DNA from: Gemmatimonadota bacterium
Lineage (GTDB): Bacteria > Gemmatimonadota > Gemmatimonadetes > Gemmatimonadales > GWC2-71-9
Assembly: GCA_039588295.1 (NCBI GenBank)
Contig: JBDHAB010000019.1
Location: 32,001-96,000, forward strand
Reading direction: 5' to 3'
DNA: 64,000 nt
Shown here: positions 28,296 to 39,604 of the stretch, piece by piece
Layout of the letters: each line of letters opens with the position of its first letter
Numbering within the stretch: position 1 is the stretch's first letter
Notes under the pieces: generated by a model
Told to the model about the DNA's origin: nothing
The model's input: only the letters and a program-made list of their open reading frames with translations
Database searches by the model: none
Position numbers and translations under genes: made by a program

Positions 28296-28769
28296 ATGCT
28301 TGCCAAGTTCCTACTCCCGTGCGTTGCCATCGGTGCCGTGGTCGGAATCGTCGGCCTGCCCGATCCCCAACAGGACAGTTCCATGAAGAAGCTCTCACCT
28401 GTGATCTTCGTCGAAGAGATCGAACCATGTCTAGGTTTCTGGATCGACCGGCTTGGCTTCGAGCGAACCCTTGAGGTGCCGCACGGAGATCGGCTGGGGT
28501 TTGCGGCAATGGTGCGCGACAACGTGGAGGTCATGTATCAGAGCCGCGCCAGCATCGCGGAGGACCTGCCGGTTTTGGCCCAGGGTCCGTTCGACCGCTC
28601 GGGTTCGGTGTTGTTCATCGAGGTCGGCGACCTCAATGCGATTCTGCCAAAGCTGGAAGGCGTGGAGGTCGTGGTTCCGGAGCGCACGACGTTCTATGGC
28701 GCCCGAGAGATCTTCGTGCGAGCGCCATGCGGCACGGTAGTCGGTCTCGCCGAGCTGACTGGCGAGTAA
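28296..28769 (+). CDS. VOC/glyoxalase family protein
   Basis: LSPVIFV.E....FW.DRLGF, LFIEV.DL, TFYGAREIFVRAPCG; alternative start at 28383. Confidence 0.85.
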   Translation: MLAKFLLPCVAIGAVVGIVGLPDPQQDSSMKKLSPVIFVEEIEPCLGFWIDRLGFERTLEVPHGDRLGFAAMVRDNVEVMYQSRASIAEDLPVLAQGPFDRSGSVLFIEVGDLNAILPKLEGVEVVVPERTTFYGAREIFVRAPCGTVVGLAELTGE

Positions 28770-28922
28770 AGCGTTACGGCCGGCGCCTCACTCCCGCGCG
28801 AATCGAGGGTCGCGGCGTCGCCATCCAAACCGCGGGGGTGTGAGATTACGCGCATGTGACCGCATTGAGAGCGGGCGCACGACGGTGGGGCTCGTCGGGC
28901 GCCGGGGATGCAGGAGGGAACG

Positions 28923-30536
28923 ATGACGAAGCCTCAGTACCAAGACCCTTTTCCGCTGGCGCCCGACCACACGGCGTACCGATTGGTGACGCCAGACTAC
29001 GTGTCGGTTGAAACCTTCGACGGACGGGAAGTGCTCAAGGTCGAGCCGGCAGGGCTTACGTTGCTGGCGCGCGAAGCGCTTCGTGACGCGTCGTTCCTGC
29101 TCCGTGCAGCACACCTGGAGCAAGTCGCTGCGATTCTCGACGATCCCGAGGCGAGTGACAATGATCGTGGCGTCGCACTGGCAATGCTGCGCAACGCGGA
29201 GGTCGCTGCCGGTTACGTACTCCCCTTCTGCCAGGATACCGGTACGGCAACGGTCGTCGCCAAGAAAGGTCAGCAGGTGTGGACGGGCGGCGGGGATGCC
29301 GCGGCCCTGACAGAGGGGATCTTCGAGACCTACGCCACGGAGAACCTGCGGTACTCGCAGACGATACCGCTCACCCTGTACGAAGAGCAGAACTCGGGTT
29401 CCAACCTCCCGGCACAAATCGACATCTACGCGACGGACGGGATGGAGTACGCTTTCCTCTTCGTCGCCAAGGGTGGAGGATCTGCCAACAAGACCTATCT
29501 GTTTCAGGAAACGAAAGCACTGCTCAACCCCGAGCGGCTCGAGGCGTTTCTCACGGAGAAGATGAAGACGCTGGGGACGGCCGCGTGTCCGCCGTATCAC
29601 CTGGGGTTCGTCATTGGTGGTACCTCGGCCGAAGCCTGCCTGAAGACGGTCAAGCTCGCGACGACCGGGTACCTAGACGGCCTGCCGTCGGCAGGGAACG
29701 CACACGGGCAGGCGTTCCGTGACCCCACGCTCGAGGCGGCGCTGCTTGAGGCGGCGTACCGCACGGGGATCGGTGCCCAGTTCGGCGGAAAGTATTTCGC
29801 CGTCGACGTCAGGGTGATCCGGCTACCACGGCACGGTGCGTCCTGCCCGATCGGCATGGGCGTGTCGTGCTCCGCGCACCGCAATGTGAAGGCCAAGATC
29901 AACCGTGAGGGGATTTGGCTGGAAGAACTGGAGCGCAATCCGGGGCGCTTCATACCGGCGCACTACCGTGATAGGGAAGAGCGGGGTGTCGTGAACATCG
30001 ACCTGAATCAGCCGATGCCGGAGATCCTCGCCGCATTGAGCAAGCACCCCATCAAGACGCGGCTGGCACTGACCGGCACGATGGTCGTTGCCCGTGACAT
30101 CGCACACGCGAAGATCAAGGAGCGACTCGACGCCGGTGACGGATTGCCACAATACCTGAAGGATCACCCTGTGTACTACGCCGGGCCGTCGAAGACTCCG
30201 GACGGCATGGCGTCGGGTTCGTTCGGTCCGACGACCGCCGGTCGGATGGACTCCTACGTGGATCCGTTCCAGGCCAACGGTGGCTCGATGATCATGATCG
30301 CCAAGGGGAACCGGAGCCGGCAGGTGACCGAGGCATGCCGGAGGTACGGCGGGTTCTATCTCGGGTCGATTGGCGGACCCGCGGCGGTGCTGGCGCAGGA
30401 GCACATCAGAAAAGTCGAGGTGCTCGAGTATCCCGAGCTCGGTATGGAGGCGGTGTACCGGATCGAGGTCGAGGATTTCCCGGCGTTCATCCTCGTCGAC
30501 GACAAGGGGAATGACTTCTTTGCCGGGTTGTCCTAA
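28923..30536 (+). CDS. fumA: Class I (Fe-S) fumarate hydratase
   Basis: [46 protein letters not shown]. Confidence 0.95.
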   Translation: MTKPQYQDPFPLAPDHTAYRLVTPDYVSVETFDGREVLKVEPAGLTLLAREALRDASFLLRAAHLEQVAAILDDPEASDNDRGVALAMLRNAEVAAGYVLPFCQDTGTATVVAKKGQQVWTGGGDAAALTEGIFETYATENLRYSQTIPLTLYEEQNSGSNLPAQIDIYATDGMEYAFLFVAKGGGSANKTYLFQETKALLNPERLEAFLTEKMKTLGTAACPPYHLGFVIGGTSAEACLKTVKLATTGYLDGLPSAGNAHGQAFRDPTLEAALLEAAYRTGIGAQFGGKYFAVDVRVIRLPRHGASCPIGMGVSCSAHRNVKAKINREGIWLEELERNPGRFIPAHYRDREERGVVNIDLNQPMPEILAALSKHPIKTRLALTGTMVVARDIAHAKIKERLDAGDGLPQYLKDHPVYYAGPSKTPDGMASGSFGPTTAGRMDSYVDPFQANGGSMIMIAKGNRSRQVTEACRRYGGFYLGSIGGPAAVLAQEHIRKVEVLEYPELGMEAVYRIEVEDFPAFILVDDKGNDFFAGLS

Positions 30537-30581
30537 CGCGCAAACACGCGGCCACGGTGGAGCGTACCGCCAACCGGGTTC

Positions 30582-31688
30582 CTAGTCGTCCACCATCACG
30601 GTGAAGTTGTACGAACGCACGTCGCTGCCCGCCCTGATCGCGCCACGGATGCGTATCTGGGCGGGGAATCCGGTCAGGCCCTCCACCGACCAACTCCAGC
30701 TGGTCAGGACGACCGTGGGTACTCCTCCGCCAATCGTCAGACTTCCATCGAGCACCATCGTCAAGCGACCAGCGTCGACGTCGAACTCCCCCCACGTGAA
30801 GCCAAACTGTCCGCTCGCGAACAAGCCCGGGATCAGATGGCACTGGTCCCACTCGTTGTCGATTCGGGGCGTCACGGCATCGACGTGGCTCACGGAACTG
30901 GTGCCACAACCGAGGTCGTGGGTGTGCGGCGGTCGGCCGATCTCGAGGGTCTCGTCGAACAGAAACGATGCGAGTCCGATTCCCGCGTGGTACGCGAGGC
31001 GCTTGAGATCGGCCTCGGAGAGCGCTCCGAGCGACCCACCGGGATTGGAGAGCGAGTTGATGTGCAAGCCGGTTGTATCGAACACCTGGGCTGGAAGACT
31101 CGGATCGGAGACGGTCACCGACCGGTCACCAAGGGTCGCGACCAGCGAACGGAGGCCGAGCTCCCCGGTGAGCGGGTTTGGCCCCTCCGGCAGGGGATCG
31201 CCGAAGGGCTGCATGTCGATCTGCGCGACCTCGAACCCCGGGACCAGCACGGTCGTGCCGTCTATCTCGACACGAAGATTGCCCGACCAGGACGCCTGTG
31301 GAGCGCAGGGTGGTGACGCGCCGAGAACGCAGAATGGGTCCCGGTCCACGGCCGCGGGCCCGACCCACGTCAACTCGCCGTCCCCGTTGACCACGATGGC
31401 GTCTCCGACCTCGCACCCACTGAAGGTGACCCGACGCCCCGTCGCAGTGTTCGAGTAATCAGCGACCCCGCGTCGCGTACAGGGGAGGAAGTTGTCAAAG
31501 AAGCTCCGGCCCTGCGGACCCACGGCTACCGAAAGCGCGATCACGGCCGCCCGAGCGAGCAGACGATCCTGTTGCGCGTCCGTGAGGGTGTCGAACGACA
31601 CGACCTCGGTGGGCCCGTCGCCGCACTGGGTCAGAACGGTGAGGCCGAGCACCAGGCCGGTCGCGGCTGAGAACTTGCTCTTGAACAT
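30582..31688 (-). CDS. Hypothetical lipoprotein with two internal beta-rich repeats
   Basis: Lipobox-like LTQC; two C-x(n)-C...G..TW units. Confidence 0.7.
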   Translation of the reverse strand: MFKSKFSAATGLVLGLTVLTQCGDGPTEVVSFDTLTDAQQDRLLARAAVIALSVAVGPQGRSFFDNFLPCTRRGVADYSNTATGRRVTFSGCEVGDAIVVNGDGELTWVGPAAVDRDPFCVLGASPPCAPQASWSGNLRVEIDGTTVLVPGFEVAQIDMQPFGDPLPEGPNPLTGELGLRSLVATLGDRSVTVSDPSLPAQVFDTTGLHINSLSNPGGSLGALSEADLKRLAYHAGIGLASFLFDETLEIGRPPHTHDLGCGTSSVSHVDAVTPRIDNEWDQCHLIPGLFASGQFGFTWGEFDVDAGRLTMVLDGSLTIGGGVPTVVLTSWSWSVEGLTGFPAQIRIRGAIRAGSDVRSYNFTVMVDD

Positions 31689-31868
31689 GTGTGCCAGGTC
31701 GGCGGTGGCGACTCGTAAATGGTAACACGGCGGACGCCCGGCGTGCCGCCGCCGCCGGCTGTGGCGGAGGCCCAATACCTGAGTGGTCTTGTCGCAACAA
31801 CGAGGGAGACTTCACAGTTTCTTCACGCGCTGGGTGATACCCTGCGCCAGCGATCGTCAGGAGTCGGG

Positions 31869-32039
31869 ATGCAGGAGCAGCGTTGCGGTGTGCCCGTGCC
31901 GCGTAAGTCGAAGGTCATCCGAGACCGGATGCGCAAGATCGAGATGGAGCTTGGCACGCTCAATCCCGAGGAGGGATATGAGTGGCCGCAGCCGGAGGAC
32001 CCTGACCCCAAGGCAGACCGCGACGTCGCTGCAAGTTGA
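31869..32039 (+). CDS. Small hypothetical protein
   Basis: AGGAG RBS; RKSKVIRDRMRKIEMELG..; followed by a terminator. Confidence 0.5.
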   Translation: MQEQRCGVPVPRKSKVIRDRMRKIEMELGTLNPEEGYEWPQPEDPDPKADRDVAAS

Positions 32040-32066
32040 CGCTTGTGCAGACGCACCCCGATTCTG

Positions 32067-32089
32067 ACGCCCGGCGAGCCGGGCGTTTT
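32067..32089 (+). terminator. Intrinsic terminator
   Basis: ACGCCCGGC-GA-GCCGGGCGT followed by TTT. Confidence 0.7.
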
Positions 32090-32164
32090 CCGTTGTCCGG
32101 GATTCTCGGAACCACCGTACGCCTAGTCATCGATAGCTGTCGACTCTGTCACCGAGGAGGATCC

Positions 32165-32452
32165 ATGTCACTCAATGTGAAGGCACTGGCGTTCGCCGGT
32201 GCCGTGCTGTGGGGGGGAGCGTTCTTGGCGGTCGGCATCGCCAACCTGTGGTGGCCGACGTATGGGGACGCGTTCCTCGAGATCGGGCGATCGATCTATC
32301 CCGGGTACGCGGGGCCTGGTGGCTTCGGGTCCGTCATCGTGGTCACCCTCTACGCGCTGGTCGACGGGGCGGTGACGGGAGCCATTCTCGCCTGGTTGTA
32401 CAACCTGATGGCGCGTGGGGCGGTGGCAAAGGGAGAGCGGTTCGCGGCGTGA
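32165..32452 (+). CDS. Small two-TM membrane protein (SLNVKA...YPGY family)
   Basis: GAGGAGG RBS; two TM helices; resembles a family sometimes auto-labelled holin-like. Confidence 0.75.
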   Translation: MSLNVKALAFAGAVLWGGAFLAVGIANLWWPTYGDAFLEIGRSIYPGYAGPGGFGSVIVVTLYALVDGAVTGAILAWLYNLMARGAVAKGERFAA

Positions 32453-32580
32453 GCACCGACTAGGGAACCCGGAGGAGTCATCCAGGGTGTAAAAGGGTTA
32501 TGGTGCATAATTCCGACTCGAATTGTCACGGATTGTCCCACCGGTTCTCGGATCGTGAGGGTCGAGTATGGAGCCGATGG

Positions 32581-33648
32581 GTGGGTTTCGTGCACGTGGT
32601 GCGAGGGCGGCGGTGGGACGTGGTCGCCGCGGCCCTGACCCTGGGGGTTGTTGGCTGCGACGATGCGAAGCTCTTGGGACCGCGCTTGTACGTGGCCTCG
32701 GGATTCACGGACGAGGTGCTCCAGTTGGATCCCGACAACGGCGCTGTCGTGACCAGTATTTCGATGGACGTCCGACGAGCTGAGACCGATGAGCCGCACG
32801 CCGTGGCGGTCGACCCGAACGGGAGGTACTGGTACGCGACGGTGGCACACGGGGAGCCCACGCTGTGGAAGTTCGAGCTGCGTGGGAACCGCCTCGTCGG
32901 TCGGGTGCGGTTGGGCATGGCGGGTGCCGGCCGGATCGGCGTGACGCCCGGTGGCGACCGCGCGTTTGTCCCGGATTATTATCGCTCCGGCGGTGACGTG
33001 CGCAGCGAGGTGGCCGTGGTGCGTCTCGCCGATCTCGAGGTCATCGATCGGGTGCGGGTGTGTGTCGCGCCCCACGATGCGCAGGTGTCGCCGCTGGGTG
33101 ACGTGGTGGCAATCACGTGTAGCAAGAGTGATGAAATCGTGGTACTGGACGTCGCGACGCTCGAGGAGCGCACGAGATTCGCCGTGGGGCCCGATGCCGG
33201 TCTGCCCGGGGCACCGCACTACCGGCCGCTCAACGCGGTCTGGTCACCCAGTGGCGAGCGGTTGTTCGTGACCTTGCACGATGTGGCAACCGTGCGCGCG
33301 TTTGCGCCCGACGGAGAAGTGCTCGGTTCGGTGACAGTGGGAGACGGCCCAGCCCAGATCGCGCAGACCGGGGACGGACGAAGGCTGACCGTTGCCAACC
33401 GCCGTGACGGGTCGGTTTCGGTGGTTCTGACGGCAGCGCTGGCAGAAGAGGCACGGATCCCATTGGGCGTTCTCCATCCGCACGGCGTCGCGCTCTCCGG
33501 TGACGACAGCGTGGCCTTCGTGACCTATGAAGGCGATACACGGTCGCCCGGGGGCGTCGTGGCGATGGATCTACGGAGCCGGGCCGTCCTCTGGAGTGCG
33601 GAGGCGGGCGCGTACACGCTGGGCGTGGCCTTCGCCGCCGGACCGTGA
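32581..33648 (+). CDS. YncE/YVTN-type beta-propeller lipoprotein
   Basis: Lipobox VVGC; repeated PH.V..SPDG..L.V blades; start uncertain. Confidence 0.8.
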   Translation: MGFVHVVRGRRWDVVAAALTLGVVGCDDAKLLGPRLYVASGFTDEVLQLDPDNGAVVTSISMDVRRAETDEPHAVAVDPNGRYWYATVAHGEPTLWKFELRGNRLVGRVRLGMAGAGRIGVTPGGDRAFVPDYYRSGGDVRSEVAVVRLADLEVIDRVRVCVAPHDAQVSPLGDVVAITCSKSDEIVVLDVATLEERTRFAVGPDAGLPGAPHYRPLNAVWSPSGERLFVTLHDVATVRAFAPDGEVLGSVTVGDGPAQIAQTGDGRRLTVANRRDGSVSVVLTAALAEEARIPLGVLHPHGVALSGDDSVAFVTYEGDTRSPGGVVAMDLRSRAVLWSAEAGAYTLGVAFAAGP

Positions 33649-33712
33649 TGCGGGCCGTGGTTACGAGCACGAGGCATGAACTGATGCGCCAATCACCGAC
33701 GGAGGGTATGGC

Positions 33713-35482
33713 GTGAGCCGTTCGAGTCGTGGTCTCATCGTCGCGGTCCAGGCGATGGCGGTGGCACTGCTGGGGTCGTGCAGTGATTCGGCTGCACCGA
33801 CGGGCTCGCCGCGGCTCGTGTTCGAGCCCGCGGTGGTTGCGCTCGACACCGCGGGCCCCGCGACGGTTGTGATTCGCAACACCGGCGACGCGGCGGCCGG
33901 ACCGCTCGAGATGGCCGCCAGCCAGCTACGGGACACGGCGGGGACCACCCTGGTCGGCCCGAGCGTTGCCGTGTCTCCACGGGACATCGCGACCCTCAAT
34001 CCCGGAGCAGAGCGAACGGTCACGCTGTCACTCACGCTGGCACCGCTGACGCAGCCCGGCCGCTACGTTGCGGACCTGGCGGTGCGATCTCAGGGAAACA
34101 CGTTGGCATCCTTGGATCTCGATATTCGGGTCGACCAAGAGGTGACTGGCGCCCCCGGGCAGTCGGTCGCCGTCATGGGAGGGCCGTCCACCGTGCGCCA
34201 GGGCGACGTCGCCCAGTACACGGCAGAGGTCCGGGACTCGGCCGGAGCGGAGATGAACGGTGCCGTCGTGCACTGGTCGGTGGTTCCGTCGACGGCAGGG
34301 GTGTTCTCCGCCGGGGGGCGTTTTGTCGGGTACGACGTGCGCGATGTACGGGTCGTAGCGCGATCAGGCGCCGCCGCCGACACGCTGGACGTGACGGTTC
34401 AGCCCCGCGCCCTGTCGGGATCGTTCACCACGGTGGGGCAGGGCTCCGTGCCTGCCCGCTTCTCCGCCGATCTCTGGGTGCACGGCGGGACGCTGTACAC
34501 GGGGACCTGGGGAGGTCGGACGGTGAATGGTGTCACCCAGTTCGGCAATGCGCTGTTTGCGTGGGACATCACTAACCCGACCCAACCGGCCATTGTCGAC
34601 TCGGTGATCGTCGATGCTCGAGTGGTGAACGATGTCAAAGTCCGCGCGGATGGCCGGCTCGCGGTGATCACCCACGAGGCCTCCGGCGACGGCAAGAACG
34701 GCGTCACGCTGTTGGATCTGTCGGACCCCCACCATCCGTCGGTCATCACGCGGTTCACGAACTCTCTGGAGACCGGCGTGCACAACGCCTGGATCGAGGG
34801 GGATTACGTGTACCTCGTCGTGGACGGTACCAGCGCGACGAGCGGTTTGCGCGTTCTCGACATCAGCAACCCGACGCAGCCCACGGTCATGGCCAGCTTT
34901 CACGCGGGCTCGAGCTTCCTGCACGATGTGTATGTTCGCGACGGACTCGCGCTGCTGTCGCATTGGGACGCGGGGCTCGTGATCGTCGATGTTGGCAACG
35001 GCATTGCCGGTGGGTCCCCCACGAACCCCGTCGAGGTGAGCCGCGTTCTCGTGGCCGGAGGGCAGACCCACAATGCGTGGTACTGGCCTGATGCGGGCTA
35101 CGTGTTCGTCGGAGAGGAGGACTTCGCCACGCCCGGCATCATCCACGTCGTGGATGTGCGAGACCTGCGCAGTCCCGTCGAAGTCGCAACCTTCCAGATC
35201 GGCGGTGGCACCCCGCACAACTTCTGGCTCGACGAGGCCACCGGTATGCTGTACCTCGCGTGGTATGAGAATGGCGTTCGTGCGCTCGATGTAACGGGCG
35301 AGCTGATGGGCCAGCTCGAGCGACAGGGCCGGGAAGTCGCCGCGCTCCAGTACTCGGGGGGCTCGGGGTGCCCGGCTTCCGTGGGTGGTGGTACATGCGC
35401 GTGGGCCCCGCAGCTCAAGACTGGCCTGGTGTATGTGTCGGACATGAACACCGGCGTCTGGGTGCTCCAGCCACAGTTCTAG
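33713..35482 (+). CDS. Ig-like plus LVIVD-repeat beta-propeller lipoprotein
   Basis: Lipobox LGSC; repeated DI(S/T)NP..P, GLVIVDV, HN/HD motifs. Confidence 0.85.
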   Translation: MSRSSRGLIVAVQAMAVALLGSCSDSAAPTGSPRLVFEPAVVALDTAGPATVVIRNTGDAAAGPLEMAASQLRDTAGTTLVGPSVAVSPRDIATLNPGAERTVTLSLTLAPLTQPGRYVADLAVRSQGNTLASLDLDIRVDQEVTGAPGQSVAVMGGPSTVRQGDVAQYTAEVRDSAGAEMNGAVVHWSVVPSTAGVFSAGGRFVGYDVRDVRVVARSGAAADTLDVTVQPRALSGSFTTVGQGSVPARFSADLWVHGGTLYTGTWGGRTVNGVTQFGNALFAWDITNPTQPAIVDSVIVDARVVNDVKVRADGRLAVITHEASGDGKNGVTLLDLSDPHHPSVITRFTNSLETGVHNAWIEGDYVYLVVDGTSATSGLRVLDISNPTQPTVMASFHAGSSFLHDVYVRDGLALLSHWDAGLVIVDVGNGIAGGSPTNPVEVSRVLVAGGQTHNAWYWPDAGYVFVGEEDFATPGIIHVVDVRDLRSPVEVATFQIGGGTPHNFWLDEATGMLYLAWYENGVRALDVTGELMGQLERQGREVAALQYSGGSGCPASVGGGTCAWAPQLKTGLVYVSDMNTGVWVLQPQF

Positions 35483-35490
35483 GCGGTCCG

Positions 35491-35534
35491 ACGCGCCGTG
35501 GCGCACGGAGCGGAACCCGTGCGCCACGGCGCGT
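35491..35534. terminator. 18-bp perfect inverted repeat hairpin after the propeller operon
   Basis: ACGCGCCGTGGCGCACGG (35491-35508) / CCGTGCGCCACGGCGCGT (35517-35534). Confidence 0.65.
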
Positions 35535-35587
35535 TGTGGTGTAGCGTACACGTGGGTGTCACCCCGATCCTCGCCGAGGGTTCGTGC

Positions 35588-36076
35588 ATGCTGGACGCGA
35601 TCAAGCGCTTCTTCGACAATCATCTCGCTCCGTCCGACGCGGAGACACACGGCGAGCAGCAGGCCGAGGCCCCGAATGGGGGTGACCAGCGCCTTGCGCT
35701 CGCCGCGTGTGCCCTGATGCTCGAGCTGGCGCACGCCGACGAGGAATTCTCGGAGGCAGAACGGCTCCACATCGAGGAGGTACTGACCCGACACTTTGAC
35801 CTTCCCCTCGAGCAGGCCAAGGAGGTGATCGAGCTCGCGGACCAGGAGCGCCGGCGGGCGGTCGACCTCTATCAGTTCACGTCGTTGATGACTGAGAATT
35901 ACGACGAGGGACAACGCATGGTGCTTGCCGAGGTCATGTGGCGACTGGTGTACGCCGATGGCGAGCTGGCGAAGCATGAGGATTACCTGATGCGCAAGCT
36001 GTCACACCTGCTCGAGCTGCGGCCCGGGTATCTGGCGGAAGCACGCCAGCGCGCGCTCGATTCCTCCGTCGAGTAG
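35588..36076 (+). CDS. TerB family protein
   Basis: ALMLELAHAD..FSEAE, DLYQFT, VYADG..AKHEDYLMRKLSHLL. Confidence 0.88.
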   Translation: MLDAIKRFFDNHLAPSDAETHGEQQAEAPNGGDQRLALAACALMLELAHADEEFSEAERLHIEEVLTRHFDLPLEQAKEVIELADQERRRAVDLYQFTSLMTENYDEGQRMVLAEVMWRLVYADGELAKHEDYLMRKLSHLLELRPGYLAEARQRALDSSVE

Positions 36077-36088
36077 TCGAGCACCGCC

Positions 36089-37453
36089 GTGGATCTCCGT
36101 TCCCGGTTAGGTGATCATTTGCTGAAGCAGGATCTGTTTCCCACTGCAGGTCGCGCTGTGCTGGCGGTTAGCGGGGGGTCGGACTCTGTTGCCCTGCTCG
36201 ACCTCCTGGCGGGTCTCGCATCGGAGCTCGAACTCGAACTCGTCGTGGGACATGTCGACCATGGGATCGCGTCGGAAAGCGGTGATGTGGCGAAGGTGGT
36301 TGCGGCCGCCGCCGCGCGGTATGGGTTGCCGTTCCACCTCGCCGTGTTGCAGTTGGGGCGGGGCACCTCCGAGACGACGGCTCGCAAGGAGCGGTACCGC
36401 GAGTTGCGAGCGATCCAACGCGAGGTCGGAGCGGCTTACCTGGTGACGGCGCACCACGCCGACGATCAGGTCGAGACCGTGCTGCACCGCCTGCTCAAGG
36501 GAACGGGGGTGGCGGGGCTCGCTGGGATCCCGGCGCGCGGTCCGCGGGGACTCGTACGACCCCTCCTGCCATTCAGCCGCGCTGAACTCGGTGCATGGCT
36601 CCGCGACGCCGGCCTCGAGGACACCGCGCACGAGGATCCGGCCAATCGGGACCTGCGTCATGACCGCTCGTGGATTCGTCAAGAACTGCTGCCGCTGCTC
36701 CGGAGCAGATTCGGTCCGGAGGTGGAGCGGCGACTGACCAACGTCGGACGGTTCGCACGACAGGATCGGAAGGCATGGAGCAGCGCCCTTCGCGAGCTTG
36801 GTGAGCTTGAGTACCGTCGTGGCCTTCGCGGCGTCGAGGTCGCGAGAGAACCGCTGCGGCGGTACGATAACTCCTTGACCGATGCGATGTTGCGAGCTCT
36901 TGCTCGGGAGGTCGGCTGCCTGCTCGGTCCGCAGCGCGCGCAGCGACTTCGCCGGTTCGTGCAGTCCAGCTCCAGCGGCCGTGTGTTGCAGCTGGGCGGT
37001 GGTTGGGAAGCGGAACTCTCGTTCGACCGCCTGACCCTCGTGCGCGCCCAGGCGGACGAGGACGCAGACGTCATCGAGTGCGGGGTGCTGCCAGAGGGTC
37101 GGGCAACGTGGGGCGCGTGGGTGTTCAGCTGGCGTATGGAGCCGGCGGGGTGTCCGAGCAGGGTCGCGTATGAAACCTGGGTCACCCCGGGGGCGAGCAG
37201 GGTGCGGGGAGCGGCACCCGGTGACCGCATCGCGCCGCTCGGCGGGGTCGGTCGCCGGAAGGTGCGGAGACTCCTGATGGAATCGCGGGTGCCGTTTCGT
37301 CAGCGGACGAAACACCCGGTGCTCGTGAGAGATGCCGAGGTGTTGTGGATTCCCGGTGTCTGCCGCTCGAGCGTTGCCGTCCCGCGTGCAGGCGATCCCG
37401 CGCTGAAGATCGAGGCGCGCAGCGACTCGCCGCGTCGCGAGGGAGGCTCGTAG
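36089..37453 (+). CDS. tilS: tRNA(Ile)-lysidine synthetase
   Basis: PP-loop AVSGGSDS, HVDHG, AR..RY, TAHHADDQVET, RPLL, DPAN. Confidence 0.95.
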   Translation: MDLRSRLGDHLLKQDLFPTAGRAVLAVSGGSDSVALLDLLAGLASELELELVVGHVDHGIASESGDVAKVVAAAAARYGLPFHLAVLQLGRGTSETTARKERYRELRAIQREVGAAYLVTAHHADDQVETVLHRLLKGTGVAGLAGIPARGPRGLVRPLLPFSRAELGAWLRDAGLEDTAHEDPANRDLRHDRSWIRQELLPLLRSRFGPEVERRLTNVGRFARQDRKAWSSALRELGELEYRRGLRGVEVAREPLRRYDNSLTDAMLRALAREVGCLLGPQRAQRLRRFVQSSSSGRVLQLGGGWEAELSFDRLTLVRAQADEDADVIECGVLPEGRATWGAWVFSWRMEPAGCPSRVAYETWVTPGASRVRGAAPGDRIAPLGGVGRRKVRRLLMESRVPFRQRTKHPVLVRDAEVLWIPGVCRSSVAVPRAGDPALKIEARSDSPRREGGS

Positions 37454-37618
37454 GGAACTCCGACCGCGGATTGCGTACTATTATGTGTCGGGCCTCTGGG
37501 AGGTCCTGCACGGGGCGGTGGCAGGGTAGCGCCGGAGCCACCGGGTGGGATCGGGGTGGGCTAGATTGAAGAAGGGGCATACCGGCGGCGAACGCCGCCA
37601 GACAGAGACTGGATGTGA

Positions 37619-39604
37619 ATGGCTGACCGAACACCGCCGAACAATCGATTCAACTGGGCTGGGCTGAGCCGGAACCTGGTATTCTGGTTGCTCATCATCC
37701 TCATTCCGATCGCGTTCTATCAGATGATCGGCTCGAGTCGCGGATCGGCTGAGGAGATCTCCTATTCGAGTTTCCAGGATTATCTCGATCGAGACAACAT
37801 CGCTCGAGTCGAGGTCACCAGCGGCAAGTTCGTCGAGGGGGACTTCAAGCGGCCGATCTCGGTGGACGGGCGCGACGTCGAGCGCTTCCGCGTCGTCCTC
37901 CCCATCCAAGACTCGGAGCTGTTCTTGGAGCGGCTGGAAGAGCAGAGTGTCCCGATCGCCGCGAAAGAGCCGAAGCCGTCGTTCGGTGCCGTGTTCATCC
38001 AACTGTTACCGTGGGTGATTCTCATTGGGCTATGGGTGTTCTTCTTCCGCCAGGTGCAGCAGGGTGGCAATCGAGCCTTTGCCTTCGGCAAGTCGAAGGC
38101 GAAGCTGCTGACCGGTGACACGCCGAAGGTGACCTTCCAGGACGTCGCCGGGTGCGATGAGGCGAAGGTCGAGCTCGAGGAGATCATTGAGTTTCTGCGG
38201 GATCCCCAGCGGTTTCAGCGTCTCGGCGGGCGCCTTCCCAAGGGCGTGCTGCTGGTCGGGCCGCCGGGAACCGGTAAGACGCTGCTGGCACGAGCCGTCG
38301 CCGGAGAGGCGGCTAGGCCGTTCTTCTCTATGTCCGGTTCCGACTTCGTGGAGATGTTCGTGGGCGTGGGTGCCTCGCGGGTTCGTGATCTCTTCGAACA
38401 GGGAAAGTCGCACGCGCCGTGCCTCATCTTCATCGACGAGATCGACGCCGTTGGACGGCACCGCGGTGCTGGTCTCGGAGGTGGCCACGACGAGCGTGAG
38501 CAGACGCTGAATCAGCTCTTGGTCGAGATGGACGGGTTCGAGTCGAACGAGGGCGTGATCCTGATCGCGGCCACCAACCGGCCCGATGTGCTGGATCCGG
38601 CGCTCCTGCGTCCCGGTCGGTTCGATCGACAGATCGTGGTCGACATGCCGGACGTGCGCGGCCGCGAGATGATTCTCAAGGTCCACGCCCGCAAGATCCC
38701 GCTCGGCGATACCGTACAGCTGGAGGTGATTTCGCGGGCGACGCCGGGTCTCGCGGGGGCGGATCTGGCGAACATCGTCAATGAGGCGGCTCTGCTCGCC
38801 GCCCGTCGCAACAAGCAGAAGGTGGAGATGGTCGATTTCGAGGATGCCAAGGACAAGCTGATGCTCGGAATCGAACGAAAGAGCCTCGTGTTGTCCGATG
38901 AGGAGCGCAAGCTCACTGCCTATCACGAGGCGGGGCATGCCCTGGTGAGTCTCCGGGTTCCGGGCCTCGACCCGGTCCACAAGGTGACGATCGTGCCGCG
39001 CGGGCGCGCGTTGGGCATCACCTTCTCGTTGCCCGAAGAGGACCGCCACAACTACACCAAGGCCTACATTGTTGGGCGTCTGGCAATGGCCTATGGCGGG
39101 AGGGTTGCGGAGGAGATCATCTTCGGGGTTGACAAGGTCACGACGGGAGCGGCGCAGGACATCCAGCAGGCGACGGAAATGGCGCGGCGCATGGTGACCC
39201 AGTTCGGTATGAGTGATGCAATAGGGCCCGTCGCCGTCGGTGACCGGGAACAGCAAATCTTCCTCGGCCGTGAGTTCGCGCAGCATCGGGAGATCTCCGA
39301 CAAGACGGCGGAACTCGTGGATGTCGAGGTGCGGCGGATTCTCGACAAGGCCTTCCAGCGGGCCCGCGATATCCTGCGGGGAGACCTCAACACGTTGCAC
39401 CGGATGGCGGAGGCACTGCTGGAGCGGGAGACGCTCGATCGGCAGGAAGTCGAGCTCATTGCTGAGGGCAAGGAGTTGCCGCAGCGGGCGCCACCGCCGG
39501 CGGAGCTGACGCCAGGTGCCGAGTCGGCGGCGTCGACCGTGTCGAGCGCGCCAGGGAAACGTCCGGTGTTGGGGACTCCCCCAGCCGAGCCGGCTGGCGC
39601 GTGA
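37619..39604 (+). CDS. ftsH: ATP-dependent zinc metalloprotease FtsH
   Basis: Two TM helices, [11 protein letters not shown] ([10 protein letters not shown]), HEAGH. Confidence 0.98.
   Translation: MADRTPPNNRFNWAGLSRNLVFWLLIILIPIAFYQMIGSSRGSAEEISYSSFQDYLDRDNIARVEVTSGKFVEGDFKRPISVDGRDVERFRVVLPIQDSELFLERLEEQSVPIAAKEPKPSFGAVFIQLLPWVILIGLWVFFFRQVQQGGNRAFAFGKSKAKLLTGDTPKVTFQDVAGCDEAKVELEEIIEFLRDPQRFQRLGGRLPKGVLLVGPPGTGKTLLARAVAGEAARPFFSMSGSDFVEMFVGVGASRVRDLFEQGKSHAPCLIFIDEIDAVGRHRGAGLGGGHDEREQTLNQLLVEMDGFESNEGVILIAATNRPDVLDPALLRPGRFDRQIVVDMPDVRGREMILKVHARKIPLGDTVQLEVISRATPGLAGADLANIVNEAALLAARRNKQKVEMVDFEDAKDKLMLGIERKSLVLSDEERKLTAYHEAGHALVSLRVPGLDPVHKVTIVPRGRALGITFSLPEEDRHNYTKAYIVGRLAMAYGGRVAEEIIFGVDKVTTGAAQDIQQATEMARRMVTQFGMSDAIGPVAVGDREQQIFLGREFAQHREISDKTAELVDVEVRRILDKAFQRARDILRGDLNTLHRMAEALLERETLDRQEVELIAEGKELPQRAPPPAELTPGAESAASTVSSAPGKRPVLGTPPAEPAGA

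Noticed and set aside
32165..32452. Holin suggesting a prophage
   Set aside because: No endolysin, structural or integrase genes nearby; treated as a generic membrane protein.
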